Assembly: GCA_963665295.1 (NCBI GenBank) | Contig: OY762209.1 | Span: forward strand, 3,840,001-3,904,000 | From: Syntrophorhabdaceae bacterium | GTDB lineage: Bacteria > Desulfobacterota > Syntrophorhabdia > Syntrophorhabdales > Syntrophorhabdaceae | Reading direction: 5' to 3' | DNA length: 64,000 bases | Shown: one piece after another, positions 32,089 through 43,109 of the stretch | Numbering within the stretch: position 1 is the stretch's first letter | Layout: every line of letters begins with the position of its first letter | Program-made: the position numbers and the translations under genes | The notes under the pieces: model-generated | Database searches by the model: none | What the model saw: only the letters and a program-made list of their open reading frames with translations | Told to the model about the DNA's origin: nothing

Positions 32089-33063
32089 ATGGCTGAAAGA
32101 GAGTACGCATACTACTCGGGATGTTCTTTGGAAGGCACGGCGGTCGAATATGACATGTCGGTGCGGCAGGTATTCAAGGCGCTTGGAGTGACCCTGAAGG
32201 AACCTGAAGATTGGAGTTGCTGTGGATCGACGCCTGCCCACACGGTAGACCATGTGTTCGCTGCAGCCCTTGCCGCACGCAATCTTTCTATAATTGAAAA
32301 AATGGGCACGGACACGGTCACTGTGCCATGTCCTTCGTGCCTTTCCGCATTCAAGAAGGCGCACCAGGGCATGACCAGCAGTGAGTCCTTCAAGGAGCAA
32401 GTAAACGCCCTCCTTGATGAGCCTTATAACGGCGGGGTGAGCCCCAAGTCCACGCTGCAGGTAATGTACGAGGATATCGGCCTTGAAGCTCTGGCCGGAA
32501 AGGTTACCCACGTGTTGCCGGACCTTGTGGTCGCGCCTTATTATGGGTGTATTCTCAACAGGCCGCCCAAAGTGGCACAGTTTGATGACCCCGAAAATCC
32601 CGTTTCCATGGATAAGATACTGGAGGCGGTGGGCGTCAAGGTAAGCGACTTCGCCTTTAAGATGGAGTGCTGTGGGGCGGCATTCGGTGTTCCCAAGAGG
32701 GAGATGGTCAACAGGCTGAGCTTTAAGGTCCTGAACATGGCTCTCGATTCGGGCGCAAACTGCATCGCAGTGGCGTGTCCTCTGTGCCAGCAGAACCTTG
32801 ATCTGCGACAGGAACAGGTCAATGCCACCACGGGGAGCAACTTTAAAATTCCTGTTCTCTATTTTTCTCAGATCGTAGGACTTACGTATGGGCTTTCTCC
32901 CGAGGAATTGGGATTGGATAAACTTATTGTTAGCGCGGATAGCCTGATCCATTCACGGATGACAGTCCAGGAATGGACCGAAAGGCAGAATGCAGAGAAA
33001 GAAAAAGAAAAGGCCGCGAAGGCCAAGCCGAAAAAAGACGAAATAAAGGCAGAGGAGACCTGA
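32089..33063 (+). CDS. hdrB: heterodisulfide reductase-like subunit B
   Basis: YYSGC, WSCCG, CPSC, YYGC, ECCG and CPLC (two CCG domains); start at MAEREY. Confidence 0.95.
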   Translation: MAEREYAYYSGCSLEGTAVEYDMSVRQVFKALGVTLKEPEDWSCCGSTPAHTVDHVFAAALAARNLSIIEKMGTDTVTVPCPSCLSAFKKAHQGMTSSESFKEQVNALLDEPYNGGVSPKSTLQVMYEDIGLEALAGKVTHVLPDLVVAPYYGCILNRPPKVAQFDDPENPVSMDKILEAVGVKVSDFAFKMECCGAAFGVPKREMVNRLSFKVLNMALDSGANCIAVACPLCQQNLDLRQEQVNATTGSNFKIPVLYFSQIVGLTYGLSPEELGLDKLIVSADSLIHSRMTVQEWTERQNAEKEKEKAAKAKPKKDEIKAEET

Positions 33064-33066
33064 TAG

Positions 33067-35028
33067 ATGCGGGTTGGAGTATTTATTTGTCATTGCGGGA
33101 GTAACATCGCCGGAACCATTGATGTTGCGAGGGTAGCGGCGGAAATGAGAAAGGTGCCGGGTGTGGCATATGCCACGAACTATATGTACACTTGCTCCGA
33201 GCCCGGTCAGGAAGAGATCAAACAGGCTATCAAGAGGGAGAAGCTGAACCGGGTAGTCGTCGCAGCCTGCTCACCCAGGATGCACGAGCTCACATTCAGG
33301 AGGACCATCGAAAAGGCGGGCCTCAACCGGTATTTCCTCGAAATGGCGAACATACGGGAGCACATCTCCTGGGTGGGTCTCGACAAAGAGCTGAACACCA
33401 ACAAGGCGATTGAAGCCGTGAAGATGGCGGTGGCGAAGGCTATGAACAACAAGCCGCTCTTCTCTTCGTCCTTCAAGGTGAACAAGCGGGTCCTCGTGAT
33501 AGGCGGCGGCGTGGCAGGCATGCAGGCGGCCCTTGATTGCGCGGACGGCGGGCTCGACGTCATCCTCGTGGAGAAGAGTCCGAGCGTGGGCGGTATGATG
33601 GCCCGTCTTGATAAGACCTTTCCCACGATTGACTGCTCCATTTGTATTCTCGGTCCGAAAATGGTGGACGTTGCGCAGCACGATAAGATAACGCTCCACG
33701 CCTATTCGGAGATCGATGATATCAAAGGGTATGTGGGGAACTACCAGATAAAGATCAAGAAGAAAGCGACCTACGTCGATTGGACGAAATGTACGGGTTG
33801 CGGACTTTGCATGGAGAAGTGCCCTTCGAAGAATGCCTATGACCATTTTAACTTCGGAGTGGCTCCTACCCGTGCCATAAACATACCTTTCCCTCAGGCG
33901 ATCCCGAAGAAAGCGAAGATCGACTCCGAGTACTGCCGGCAGTTTGTAAAAGGCAAGTGCGGGGTTTGCGCGAAGATATGTCCTACGGGAGCCATCAATT
34001 ACGAGATGCAGGATGAGATTATTACCGAAGATGTCGGCGCAATAGTAGTAGCGTCGGGATACGGCCTCATGGACATAGAGAAGCTTTCCGAGTACGGCGG
34101 CGGCAGGTATCCTGATGTAATTACAGGTATCCAGTACGAGAGACTGCTCAATGCATCGGGTCCTACGGAAGGACATATCTTGAGACCTTCCGATAAGACC
34201 GAGCCTAAGACAATCGTCTTTGTCTCCTGTGCGGGTTCCAGGGATAAGTCTTGCGGAATTCCTTATTGCTCGAATTTCTGCTGCATGTACATTGCAAAAC
34301 AGGCAATACTTACAAAAGACCACATTCCCGACTCCCAATCGTATGTCTTTTATATGGATATCCGGTCACCGGGCAAAGGGTATGATGAATTTACCCGAAG
34401 GGCGCAGGAGGATTACGGCGCAAAATACGTGCGGGGCAGAGTTTCCCGTATTTATCCCAAGGGCAAGAAGATGGTAGTTCTGGGTGCCGACACCCTTCTT
34501 GGTACACAGGTGGAGGTCGAGGCGGATCTGGTGGTGCTCGCGAACGCGGTAACTGCAGCTCCGGGTGCAGCGGGCCTCGCCGAGAAGCTTCATATTTCTT
34601 ATGATACCTTCGGTTTTTACGTAGAGAGCCACCCGAAGCTTAGACCGGTGGAAACGAATACTTCAGGTGTGTATCTTGCGGGCGCAGCACAGGGCCCGAA
34701 GGATATCCCCGCGTCGGTAGGACAGGGCAGCGCAGCGGCGAGCAAGGTACTTGGCCTCTTTTCGAAGGACATGCTCGAGTCCGATCCCATGGTGGCGAAG
34801 GTTAACGAAACCACTTGCGTAGGATGCTTGAAGTGCAAGATGACATGCCCGTTCCAGGCAATTCAGGAAAAGGAACTGCGGGGCGGCAAGATTGTAGCGA
34901 ACGTCCTGGAGACGGTCTGCGCAGGGTGTGGTGTATGTACGTCAACGTGTCCTTGCGGAGCCATACAGTTGTCTCATTTCACAGATAATCAGTTGTTAGC
35001 GGAGGTTAATACCATATGTCAGAAATAG
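33067..35028 (+). CDS. hdrA: heterodisulfide reductase-like subunit A (FAD, Fe-S)
   Basis: CHCGSNI, ACSP, ANIREH, GGGVAG, DKTFPTIDC and ferredoxin motifs. Confidence 0.97.
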   Translation: MRVGVFICHCGSNIAGTIDVARVAAEMRKVPGVAYATNYMYTCSEPGQEEIKQAIKREKLNRVVVAACSPRMHELTFRRTIEKAGLNRYFLEMANIREHISWVGLDKELNTNKAIEAVKMAVAKAMNNKPLFSSSFKVNKRVLVIGGGVAGMQAALDCADGGLDVILVEKSPSVGGMMARLDKTFPTIDCSICILGPKMVDVAQHDKITLHAYSEIDDIKGYVGNYQIKIKKKATYVDWTKCTGCGLCMEKCPSKNAYDHFNFGVAPTRAINIPFPQAIPKKAKIDSEYCRQFVKGKCGVCAKICPTGAINYEMQDEIITEDVGAIVVASGYGLMDIEKLSEYGGGRYPDVITGIQYERLLNASGPTEGHILRPSDKTEPKTIVFVSCAGSRDKSCGIPYCSNFCCMYIAKQAILTKDHIPDSQSYVFYMDIRSPGKGYDEFTRRAQEDYGAKYVRGRVSRIYPKGKKMVVLGADTLLGTQVEVEADLVVLANAVTAAPGAAGLAEKLHISYDTFGFYVESHPKLRPVETNTSGVYLAGAAQGPKDIPASVGQGSAAASKVLGLFSKDMLESDPMVAKVNETTCVGCLKCKMTCPFQAIQEKELRGGKIVANVLETVCAGCGVCTSTCPCGAIQLSHFTDNQLLAEVNTICQK

Positions 35029-35453
35029 CCCCTAAGGAGCTTAGAATTGTTGGTTTTCTCTGTAACTGGTGTTCGTACGGAGGAGCCGATACCGCAGGAG
35101 TGAGCCGGTTTAAACAGCCAAGCGACCTGAGGATAATCAGGGTTCCGTGTTCAGGCCGGGTAGACCCGCTCTTCGTAGCAAAGGCGCTTCTCAACGGGGC
35201 GGATGGAGTACTTGTCTCCGGGTGCCATCCCAGAGACTGTCACTATACGGACGGTAATTTTTACGCAAGGCGCAGGCTTGAGATGCTGAAGCAATTACTG
35301 CCCTTTTTAGGAATTGACGAGAAACGATTCCACTACACATGGATATCGGCTTCCGAGGGGGCTCGGTGGCAGCAGACGGTAACGGATTTTACCAAACAGG
35401 TTCACAAGCTGGGCCCATTACATTCTACGACGGAGGCACAAAGTGGGTCCTGA
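35016..35453 (+). CDS. flxD: FlxD / MvhD-like [2Fe-2S] subunit
   Basis: FLCNWCSY, VPCSGR, GCHPRDCHY and WISASEG motifs. Confidence 0.92.
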   Translation: MSEIAPKELRIVGFLCNWCSYGGADTAGVSRFKQPSDLRIIRVPCSGRVDPLFVAKALLNGADGVLVSGCHPRDCHYTDGNFYARRRLEMLKQLLPFLGIDEKRFHYTWISASEGARWQQTVTDFTKQVHKLGPLHSTTEAQSGS

Positions 35454-36399
35454 GAAACTACGAGAAGTCATTGCACAAACACTCAAAGATGTTGACGTAG
35501 TCATAGCTTATAAGGAAGGGTTTGACAAACTGCACGGTACTCCGTGTTTTGTTACCAAACCAGAGCAAATCGATCAAGTCATTTTTAGTCCGGTCTGCGC
35601 ACAGAACCTCGCAAGTTATCTGCCGTCCCTGAAAGGGAAGAAGGTCGGGGTCGTGGTAAAGGGTTGTGACAGCAGGACGGTCGTGCAGTATATGCAGGAA
35701 GGGTTGATCGATAAGGATAAAATCGTTGTTATCGGTATTCCGTGCACGGGAGTGGTGAGTGTGAAGAAGATCCAGAACAGGATCAATCACCGGCCGGTGC
35801 TGGACGTGACCTTCGGTGACAGCGGTGCGGTTACGGTGAAAACCCCCAAGGGCGAAGAGAAACTGTCTATTTCCGATGTGTCTCCCGATAAATGCGGGAC
35901 CTGCATGTATCCTACGCCGGTCATTTACGATCACCTCGTAGGGGATGCGATAAAGTCCGACAAATCACCTGAGAGGGTGTATAAGGACGTCGAGGAACTG
36001 GCGGCTAAGTCTCTCGAGGAGAAGAAAGAGTATTGGGAGAAGGAGTTTGACCGGTGCATTCGGTGTTATGCGTGTCGGAATGCATGTCCTATGTGCGTAT
36101 GCCAGGATAGTTGCATTGCGGAAAGCCGTGAGCCGCACTGGATCAGCCAGAAGTCGAACCTGAAGGAAAAGTTCATGTTTCACATGATTCATGCGCTTCA
36201 TCTTGCAGGAAGGTGCGTAGAGTGCGGGGAGTGTGAGCGGGCGTGCCCCATGGGCATACCGGTTAACATGCTCAAGAAGAAAATCAATCAGGACATGAAG
36301 CGTCTGTACGATTATGAACCGGGAATCAAACCGGAGGACAAGCCTCCGATGTATACTTTTAGCGTTGAAGAAAAGAAGATAGAGGAGCACAAACTCTAA
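35443..36399 (+). CDS. flxC: FlxC, 2x[4Fe-4S] subunit
   Basis: KGCDSR, CIRCYACRNACP and CVECGECERACP; position in the hdrCBA-flxDCBA order. Confidence 0.85.
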   Translation: MGPEKLREVIAQTLKDVDVVIAYKEGFDKLHGTPCFVTKPEQIDQVIFSPVCAQNLASYLPSLKGKKVGVVVKGCDSRTVVQYMQEGLIDKDKIVVIGIPCTGVVSVKKIQNRINHRPVLDVTFGDSGAVTVKTPKGEEKLSISDVSPDKCGTCMYPTPVIYDHLVGDAIKSDKSPERVYKDVEELAAKSLEEKKEYWEKEFDRCIRCYACRNACPMCVCQDSCIAESREPHWISQKSNLKEKFMFHMIHALHLAGRCVECGECERACPMGIPVNMLKKKINQDMKRLYDYEPGIKPEDKPPMYTFSVEEKKIEEHKL

Positions 36400-37502
36400 T
36401 GGCCGACACAGGATTTATCCCAAAAGACAAGTGGGGAGCATTCATAGAAGGACTTAGCGCAGAGGCACAGGTGTACGTACCTTGCCTGGAAGGCGAGACG
36501 GTGATATTCAGGCCTTTCGGAAAGGACAGGACCCTCTGTTTTGAGAGACCTGCGAACACTCCTCCGAAGGGGGTTATCTTTCCCCAGAGCGATACACTTT
36601 TCTCCTTTAAGTTCACGAAGAAAGACCCGGATAATCCACAGAAGGTCGATATAGAACTTGTGGAACAGAATAGTTTCCCGAAAACCGTGGTGATCGGGGG
36701 CAGACCGTGCGATGCAAAGGGGTTTACGGTATACGACAGGCCGTATACGCAGACGGATACGCCTGACCCGTACTATAAGAGCCGCCGCGAGCAGACGACT
36801 GTCGTGACCCTTGCGTGCCAGTCACCGTCGGCAGGATGCTTCTGCACATCGGTGGAAGGTGGTCCTGCTGATAAGACAGGCTCCGACGCCCTCATAACGG
36901 AAGTGGAGAAGGGTTATTTCATCGAAGCCGTCACCGAAAAGGGCAAGGCTCTCCTTACACGGCCGGGAGTCGAGGACGGGAAGGCCTATGAAGCTGAAGC
37001 CCGGAAAGACCACGACTCAGCAGGTGAGATGCTGAAGAAACGGTTCGGTGATATCGCCAAGCCCACAGTGTCGAAGGAGCTTTTTGAGAATAATGAGTTC
37101 TGGGAAGAAGAGCTTGCGAAGTGCCTGAGCTGCGGGGCGTGTACCTACCTCTGCCCGACGTGTTACTGCTTCAACATTACTGATGAGGCTGGGACGGATC
37201 AGGGCGAGCGGATCAGAAGCTGGGATGGGTGCATGTATGCTCACTTCACCCTTGAGGCAAGCGGTCACAACCCTAGACCTGCAAAGTTCCAGAGATATAA
37301 GAACAGGGTAGGGCATAAGTTCCTTTTTTATGGTGAGAGATATGATGGCGTGATTGCCTGTTCGGGTTGCGGCAGGTGCATCAGATATTGTCCCGTCTCG
37401 GTGGACATCAGTGAGATAGTATCGAAATTGCAGGAAACCGGCGCGGGTAGTGCGGCGCAGGGAGAAAACGATAAGAATGCAGGGAGCGTAAGCAATGGCT
37501 GA
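36399..37502 (+). CDS. flxB: FlxB, AsrA/HydB-like Fe-S subunit
   Basis: RPCD, CFC, CLSCGACTYLCPTCYCF and CSGCGRCIRYCP motifs. Confidence 0.85.
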   Translation: MADTGFIPKDKWGAFIEGLSAEAQVYVPCLEGETVIFRPFGKDRTLCFERPANTPPKGVIFPQSDTLFSFKFTKKDPDNPQKVDIELVEQNSFPKTVVIGGRPCDAKGFTVYDRPYTQTDTPDPYYKSRREQTTVVTLACQSPSAGCFCTSVEGGPADKTGSDALITEVEKGYFIEAVTEKGKALLTRPGVEDGKAYEAEARKDHDSAGEMLKKRFGDIAKPTVSKELFENNEFWEEELAKCLSCGACTYLCPTCYCFNITDEAGTDQGERIRSWDGCMYAHFTLEASGHNPRPAKFQRYKNRVGHKFLFYGERYDGVIACSGCGRCIRYCPVSVDISEIVSKLQETGAGSAAQGENDKNAGSVSNG

Positions 37503-38331
37503 GAACAAGAACCCCTACCTACCTGAGATGGTTACTATTACGAATATTATAGAAGAGACGCCGAACATTAAGTCCTTTCAGGTCGTGTTCAATGATCCCG
37601 AGAGAATGAAAACCTTCAAGTTTGAGCCCGGACAAGTAGGACAGCTTTCTGTTTTTGGCGTAGGGGAGTCAACTTTTGTTATTAATTCGCCCCCAACAAG
37701 AATGGATTATCTTCAGTTCAGCGTAATGAAGGCAGGAGAAGTCACTGCCGCGTTGCACGATCTGTATCCGGGGGATGAGATGGGCGTGAGGGCGCCCCTT
37801 GGGAACTGGTTTCCCCACGAGCAAATGAAGGGTAAGAATATCCTTTTCATCGGCGGTGGAATAGGACTTGCCCCACTGCGAACCCTCATTCTCTTCATGC
37901 TCGATAACCGGGCTGACTACAAAGACATTACGATAATTTACGGTTCGAGGACGCCCCCGGACCTTTGCTATAAAGAAGACCTTAATGAGTGGGAGTCCCG
38001 CAGCGACGTCAACCTCATACTGACGGTAGATGCAGAGTATCCCGGCTGGGATAAGCGCGTAGGTTTTGTTCCTACGGTTCTCAATGAAGTGGCACCGTCG
38101 CCTGTGGACACCATTGCCATCACGTGCGGGCCGCCCATTATGATCAAGTTCGTGCTTCAGAATCTCGCTAAACTGCAATTCAGCGAGGAAAACATTATTA
38201 CAACCCTCGAGGCCAGGATGAAATGCGGAATCGGCATCTGCGGACGGTGCAACCTTGGGGCAAAGTATATCTGCAAAGACGGTCCGGTTTTTTCACTCGC
38301 GCAACTCAAGGATCTTCCCGGCGCATTATAA
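37495..38331 (+). CDS. flxA: FlxA, FAD/NAD(P)-binding [2Fe-2S] subunit
   Basis: PGQ, RAPLGN, GGGIGLAPLR, CGPPIM and MKCGIGICGRC...CKDGPVF motifs. Confidence 0.9.
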   Translation: MAENKNPYLPEMVTITNIIEETPNIKSFQVVFNDPERMKTFKFEPGQVGQLSVFGVGESTFVINSPPTRMDYLQFSVMKAGEVTAALHDLYPGDEMGVRAPLGNWFPHEQMKGKNILFIGGGIGLAPLRTLILFMLDNRADYKDITIIYGSRTPPDLCYKEDLNEWESRSDVNLILTVDAEYPGWDKRVGFVPTVLNEVAPSPVDTIAITCGPPIMIKFVLQNLAKLQFSEENIITTLEARMKCGIGICGRCNLGAKYICKDGPVFSLAQLKDLPGAL

Positions 38332-38533
38332 TTTCGGGAAGGGTGTCGGCAGTCAGGGGCTTCCTGTTTCTCAAGCCCCTTCAGAATGGTACGCGGTGGT
38401 GTGACCGGTTCACATCGCCGCATGAGTGTACCTCCACAATAACTGATTGTGAAAGTTAATAAAGGGTTGACTTTTCGCTGAGAGGTCTTATTCTCCTGAC
38501 ATGAGAATAGAGAGCTTTCGTGGGGGTCGCGTT

Positions 38534-38731
38534 ATGAAGACCGTCGGCAGGATGTTGCTCGTGGCGGCTTTGTTCGCGGCCACATCCTGCGTAGTCGCGA
38601 CCTATCCGGATGATTACTATTACGGGTATCCCCGGGGATACTATTACTACTATGGTCATCCTTACGGATACTATTACTACGGCCACCCATACCATTACCA
38701 TTATTACTATCCCTACAGGTATTATCGATAG
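38534..38731 (+). CDS. small Tyr-rich putative lipoprotein (65 aa)
   Basis: Signal peptide with lipobox-like ATSC; YYY-G-(H/Y)-P repeats; upstream TTGACT-N16-TATTCT. Confidence 0.65.
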   Translation: MKTVGRMLLVAALFAATSCVVATYPDDYYYGYPRGYYYYYGHPYGYYYYGHPYHYHYYYPYRYYR

Positions 38732-38746
38732 CCTGCGATAATGTGA

Positions 38747-40180
<1,434 letters not shown>

Positions 40181-40273
40181 AAGGGGGTCGAGATAATTCT
40201 GTTGACTTCCCTCGCGGCTTTGAGTTTTAATAAGGCAATTTAAAAACGTCACCCTGCGCACTGGGTGAGGGGA

Positions 40274-40348
40274 ATGAGGATTCTTCCCGCAGTCAGGAAG
40301 AGGGCGGTGAAAAAACTCGGAAGAGTTGCAAATAAAGGCCCGTACTAA
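40274..40348 (+). pseudogene. 24-aa basic ORF resembling the C-terminal end of ribosomal protein bS21, at the canonical rpsU position
   Basis: MRILPAVRKRAVKKLGRVANKGPY*; its TAA abuts the yqeY ATG; AVRKRAVKK resembles the deltaproteobacterial S21 segment AARKRALKK. Confidence 0.4.
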
Positions 40349-40798
40349 ATGGAATATAAGACCAGAATCGAGGAAGGTTTAAAGAAGGCTATGAAAGAGA
40401 GGGACGCGGTGCGTCTTTCTCTTTTCAGAATGCTTCTCACCGCTATAAAGAACAAAGAAGTGGAGAAGATAGGGGCTCTTACTGAGGATGAGTTTTTTTC
40501 CCTGGTAAAAACATCGGTAAAACAGCATATCGAGTCTATAGAGAGTTTTAAGAAAGGGAATAGAAACGATCTCGTCGAAAAAGAAGAAAAGGAGCTTGCT
40601 ATACTGAAGGAGTTTCTTCCGGCTCAGTTGACGGAAGAGGAAATGATCAAAGAAATCGAAGAGGCCGTAGAGGCCCTTGAAGTCAAAAGCCAGAAAGATA
40701 TGGGCAAAGTTATAAAATCTATTATGGGGAAGTACCCCGGAAGGTTAGATGGAAAACTGTTAAGTGAATTGGTGCTTAAAAGACTATCTTCAAAATAG
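40349..40798 (+). CDS. GatB/YqeY domain protein
   Basis: LKKAMKERD, ESIESFKKGNR.DL..KE, FLPAQL and KDMGKV motifs. Confidence 0.93.
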   Translation: MEYKTRIEEGLKKAMKERDAVRLSLFRMLLTAIKNKEVEKIGALTEDEFFSLVKTSVKQHIESIESFKKGNRNDLVEKEEKELAILKEFLPAQLTEEEMIKEIEEAVEALEVKSQKDMGKVIKSIMGKYPGRLDGKLLSELVLKRLSSK

Positions 40799-40814
40799 AT
40801 AGTCAAAGCCCTTT

Positions 40815-43109
40815 ATGGTTGACAAGACCCTATCATATCTCGACTATATAAAATTACTCGACATTTTAAGAAGATACTCATCGACTCATTTCGCGGATGA
40901 AATGATCGGAGGTCTTTCGCCCCTTGTTGACCCGGCGGAAATCAGGGAGAGACAAGACAGACTGGAAGCGGTTCTCGAAGTTGTCAAATGGGACGGCAAG
41001 ATTCCTTTGTCGGATATTCCCGATATAGGCGAACTCTCGAAGAGGCTCTCCGTCCGCGATGCCATCATCGAGACTGAAGGGTTTGTCCTCATCTCATTCT
41101 TCCTCAAGGCATGCGGGGACATTTCCTCCTTCCTCAGGAGGTCCCATGCAAAATCTCCCTACATAGAATCCCTCCTCACCGCCCTGAAACCCCTGCATCC
41201 TGCGCAATCGCGGATCATGAAGACCATAAATGTTGAGGGATTTATTGAGGATACGGCTTCCTACGAGCTATCCAAAATCCGTTCAGACCTCTTCAGCTTA
41301 AGGGAAAGGATGAAAAGGCATCTCGAAAGGCTTATGGAGAAAGAGGTCATCCGCCCCGTGCTTCAGGATACCTACATTGCCATAAGAAACGGCAGGTATG
41401 TCATTCCCTTGAAGCCCAACTTCAATGAAGCCCTGAAGGGCATTGTCCACGACTATTCACATTCTCTGAAGACATCCTTCGTGGAGCCCATCGAGTCCGT
41501 GGAATTAAATAACACCATCAATATACTCCAGGAGGAAGAAAGAGAGGAAGAGAAGCGGGTACTGACGGAACTCACCGCCTTCATACGAGGATTTGCGGAG
41601 GACATTGAAATAAACCTGAAGATTATGAAGGAACTCGATTTTTATCACTGTCTGGCCCTTTTCAGCAAGGAATTCAACTGCGTCAGACCCGAGATACGCA
41701 AGGGCGGCCCCCTGGAGATAAAAGGCGCTTTTAACCCGTTTATCGTGATATCGCGAAGGGAGAAGGCCGTGCCTATAGATATACTGATGGCGGGTGACAA
41801 AAAGGCGATGGTGATCAGTGGTCCGAACGCAGGAGGTAAGACTGCCGCCCTCAAAACCATAGGCCTCCTGTCCGTGATGGCCGCGTCCGGCGTCTTCATC
41901 CCCGCCTCGGGAAGGCCTCTGATACCACTCAGTTCCCATGTGTTTGCGGTCATGGGTGACGAACAGGACATCACCATGGAACTGTCGAGCTTCACCGCCC
42001 ATATGCAGACCATAAAGGATCTTTTCTATCGTTCTCAGGGCAATGAGCTTATTCTCATCGACGAAATAGGGGGAGGCACCGAGCCCCAGGAGGCGTCGGC
42101 CCTTTCTATGAGCGTTATCGATGCCTTTGTCGCAAAGGGTTGCAGAGTGGTGGTCACAACCCACCTGAATCTTCTGAAGGCTTACGGATTCACGAAGCCC
42201 TTTGCCATAAATGTCGCCACAGAATCGGATGCCGAAACAATGAGGCCCAGATACAAACTCGTGTACGGGATCGCAGGATACAGCAATGCCATAAGCGTGG
42301 CAAAAAACCTCAATCTTCCTCCGGCAATAATTGAGGCGAGCTATGGATACCTGGGAAAACAGGAGTACATGCTGAACGACCTCGTGAGCGCCCTTGAACT
42401 GGGAAAGAAGAAAGTGGACGAGGAACGGGAGAGCATCGGGAAACTCAGGGATGAAGCGAAGAAGAGAGTCGCTCTTCTCAAGGAAAACCGCGAGGAATAC
42501 CTGAGAAAGGTGGAAGAGAAGTGCGAATCCCGGGTACGCGAGCTTGAGGGGGAGATAGAACAAATCCAGCGGGACATGGAAAAGAAGGACAGAGCGACTG
42601 CAAAGACTGCCAAAGAACGGGTCAAGGTCCTGAGACAAACTTTTGTGAAAACCCCCACTCCTGCTGAGGACTACAGGGTTCGGGCAGGCGATTATGTGAT
42701 GGTACGCACGTTGGGAAGCAAGGGATATGTGGTATCCTTAGATAAAGACGGCGAGATGTGCGAAGTCCAGATAGGCAACATCAGGACGAGGGTGCACAAA
42801 ACCCACCTAGCTAAAGTAGCGATCGAAAGGAAACCAAGGCCCGACAAGGGTGTTCAGATTCACGTCCAGCCCATCGGGGAAGCGGAAGTGAATCTGATCG
42901 GCATGAGAGTTGAAGAGGCGCTGAGGGAACTGGACCGTTTTATCGACAGGGCGATCGTGCAGGGATTGCCCCGGGTGAAGATCCTTCATGGAGTCGGAAG
43001 CGGCAAGCTGATGACTGCCGTCAAGGAGCATCTTCACGACGTAGTGTATGTGAAGGGCCTGTTGAAGGATGAGAGAAACGCAGGAGTCACGGTGGTAGAA
43101 CTGACATGA
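40815..43109 (+). CDS. mutS2: endonuclease MutS2 (with Smr domain)
   Basis: ISGPNAGGKT, GDEQ...LSSFTAHM, DEIGGGTEPQE, TTH and C-terminal Smr HGVGSG. Confidence 0.95.
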   Translation: MVDKTLSYLDYIKLLDILRRYSSTHFADEMIGGLSPLVDPAEIRERQDRLEAVLEVVKWDGKIPLSDIPDIGELSKRLSVRDAIIETEGFVLISFFLKACGDISSFLRRSHAKSPYIESLLTALKPLHPAQSRIMKTINVEGFIEDTASYELSKIRSDLFSLRERMKRHLERLMEKEVIRPVLQDTYIAIRNGRYVIPLKPNFNEALKGIVHDYSHSLKTSFVEPIESVELNNTINILQEEEREEEKRVLTELTAFIRGFAEDIEINLKIMKELDFYHCLALFSKEFNCVRPEIRKGGPLEIKGAFNPFIVISRREKAVPIDILMAGDKKAMVISGPNAGGKTAALKTIGLLSVMAASGVFIPASGRPLIPLSSHVFAVMGDEQDITMELSSFTAHMQTIKDLFYRSQGNELILIDEIGGGTEPQEASALSMSVIDAFVAKGCRVVVTTHLNLLKAYGFTKPFAINVATESDAETMRPRYKLVYGIAGYSNAISVAKNLNLPPAIIEASYGYLGKQEYMLNDLVSALELGKKKVDEERESIGKLRDEAKKRVALLKENREEYLRKVEEKCESRVRELEGEIEQIQRDMEKKDRATAKTAKERVKVLRQTFVKTPTPAEDYRVRAGDYVMVRTLGSKGYVVSLDKDGEMCEVQIGNIRTRVHKTHLAKVAIERKPRPDKGVQIHVQPIGEAEVNLIGMRVEEALRELDRFIDRAIVQGLPRVKILHGVGSGKLMTAVKEHLHDVVYVKGLLKDERNAGVTVVELT

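Noticed and set aside
31530..38331. Selenocysteine recoding in Hdr/Flx subunits
   Set aside because: All frames are open with Cys at the expected sites and no in-frame TGA needing readthrough.
38391..38422. 12-bp hairpin GCGGTGGTGTGA-CCGGT-TCACATCGCCGC after flxA as an ncRNA
   Set aside because: Adequately explained as a 3' stabilising or terminating stem; no other evidence.
38614..38710. TAC/TAT repeats as a CRISPR array or tandem DNA repeat
   Set aside because: No repeat-spacer structure; explained by Tyr codons of the small lipoprotein.
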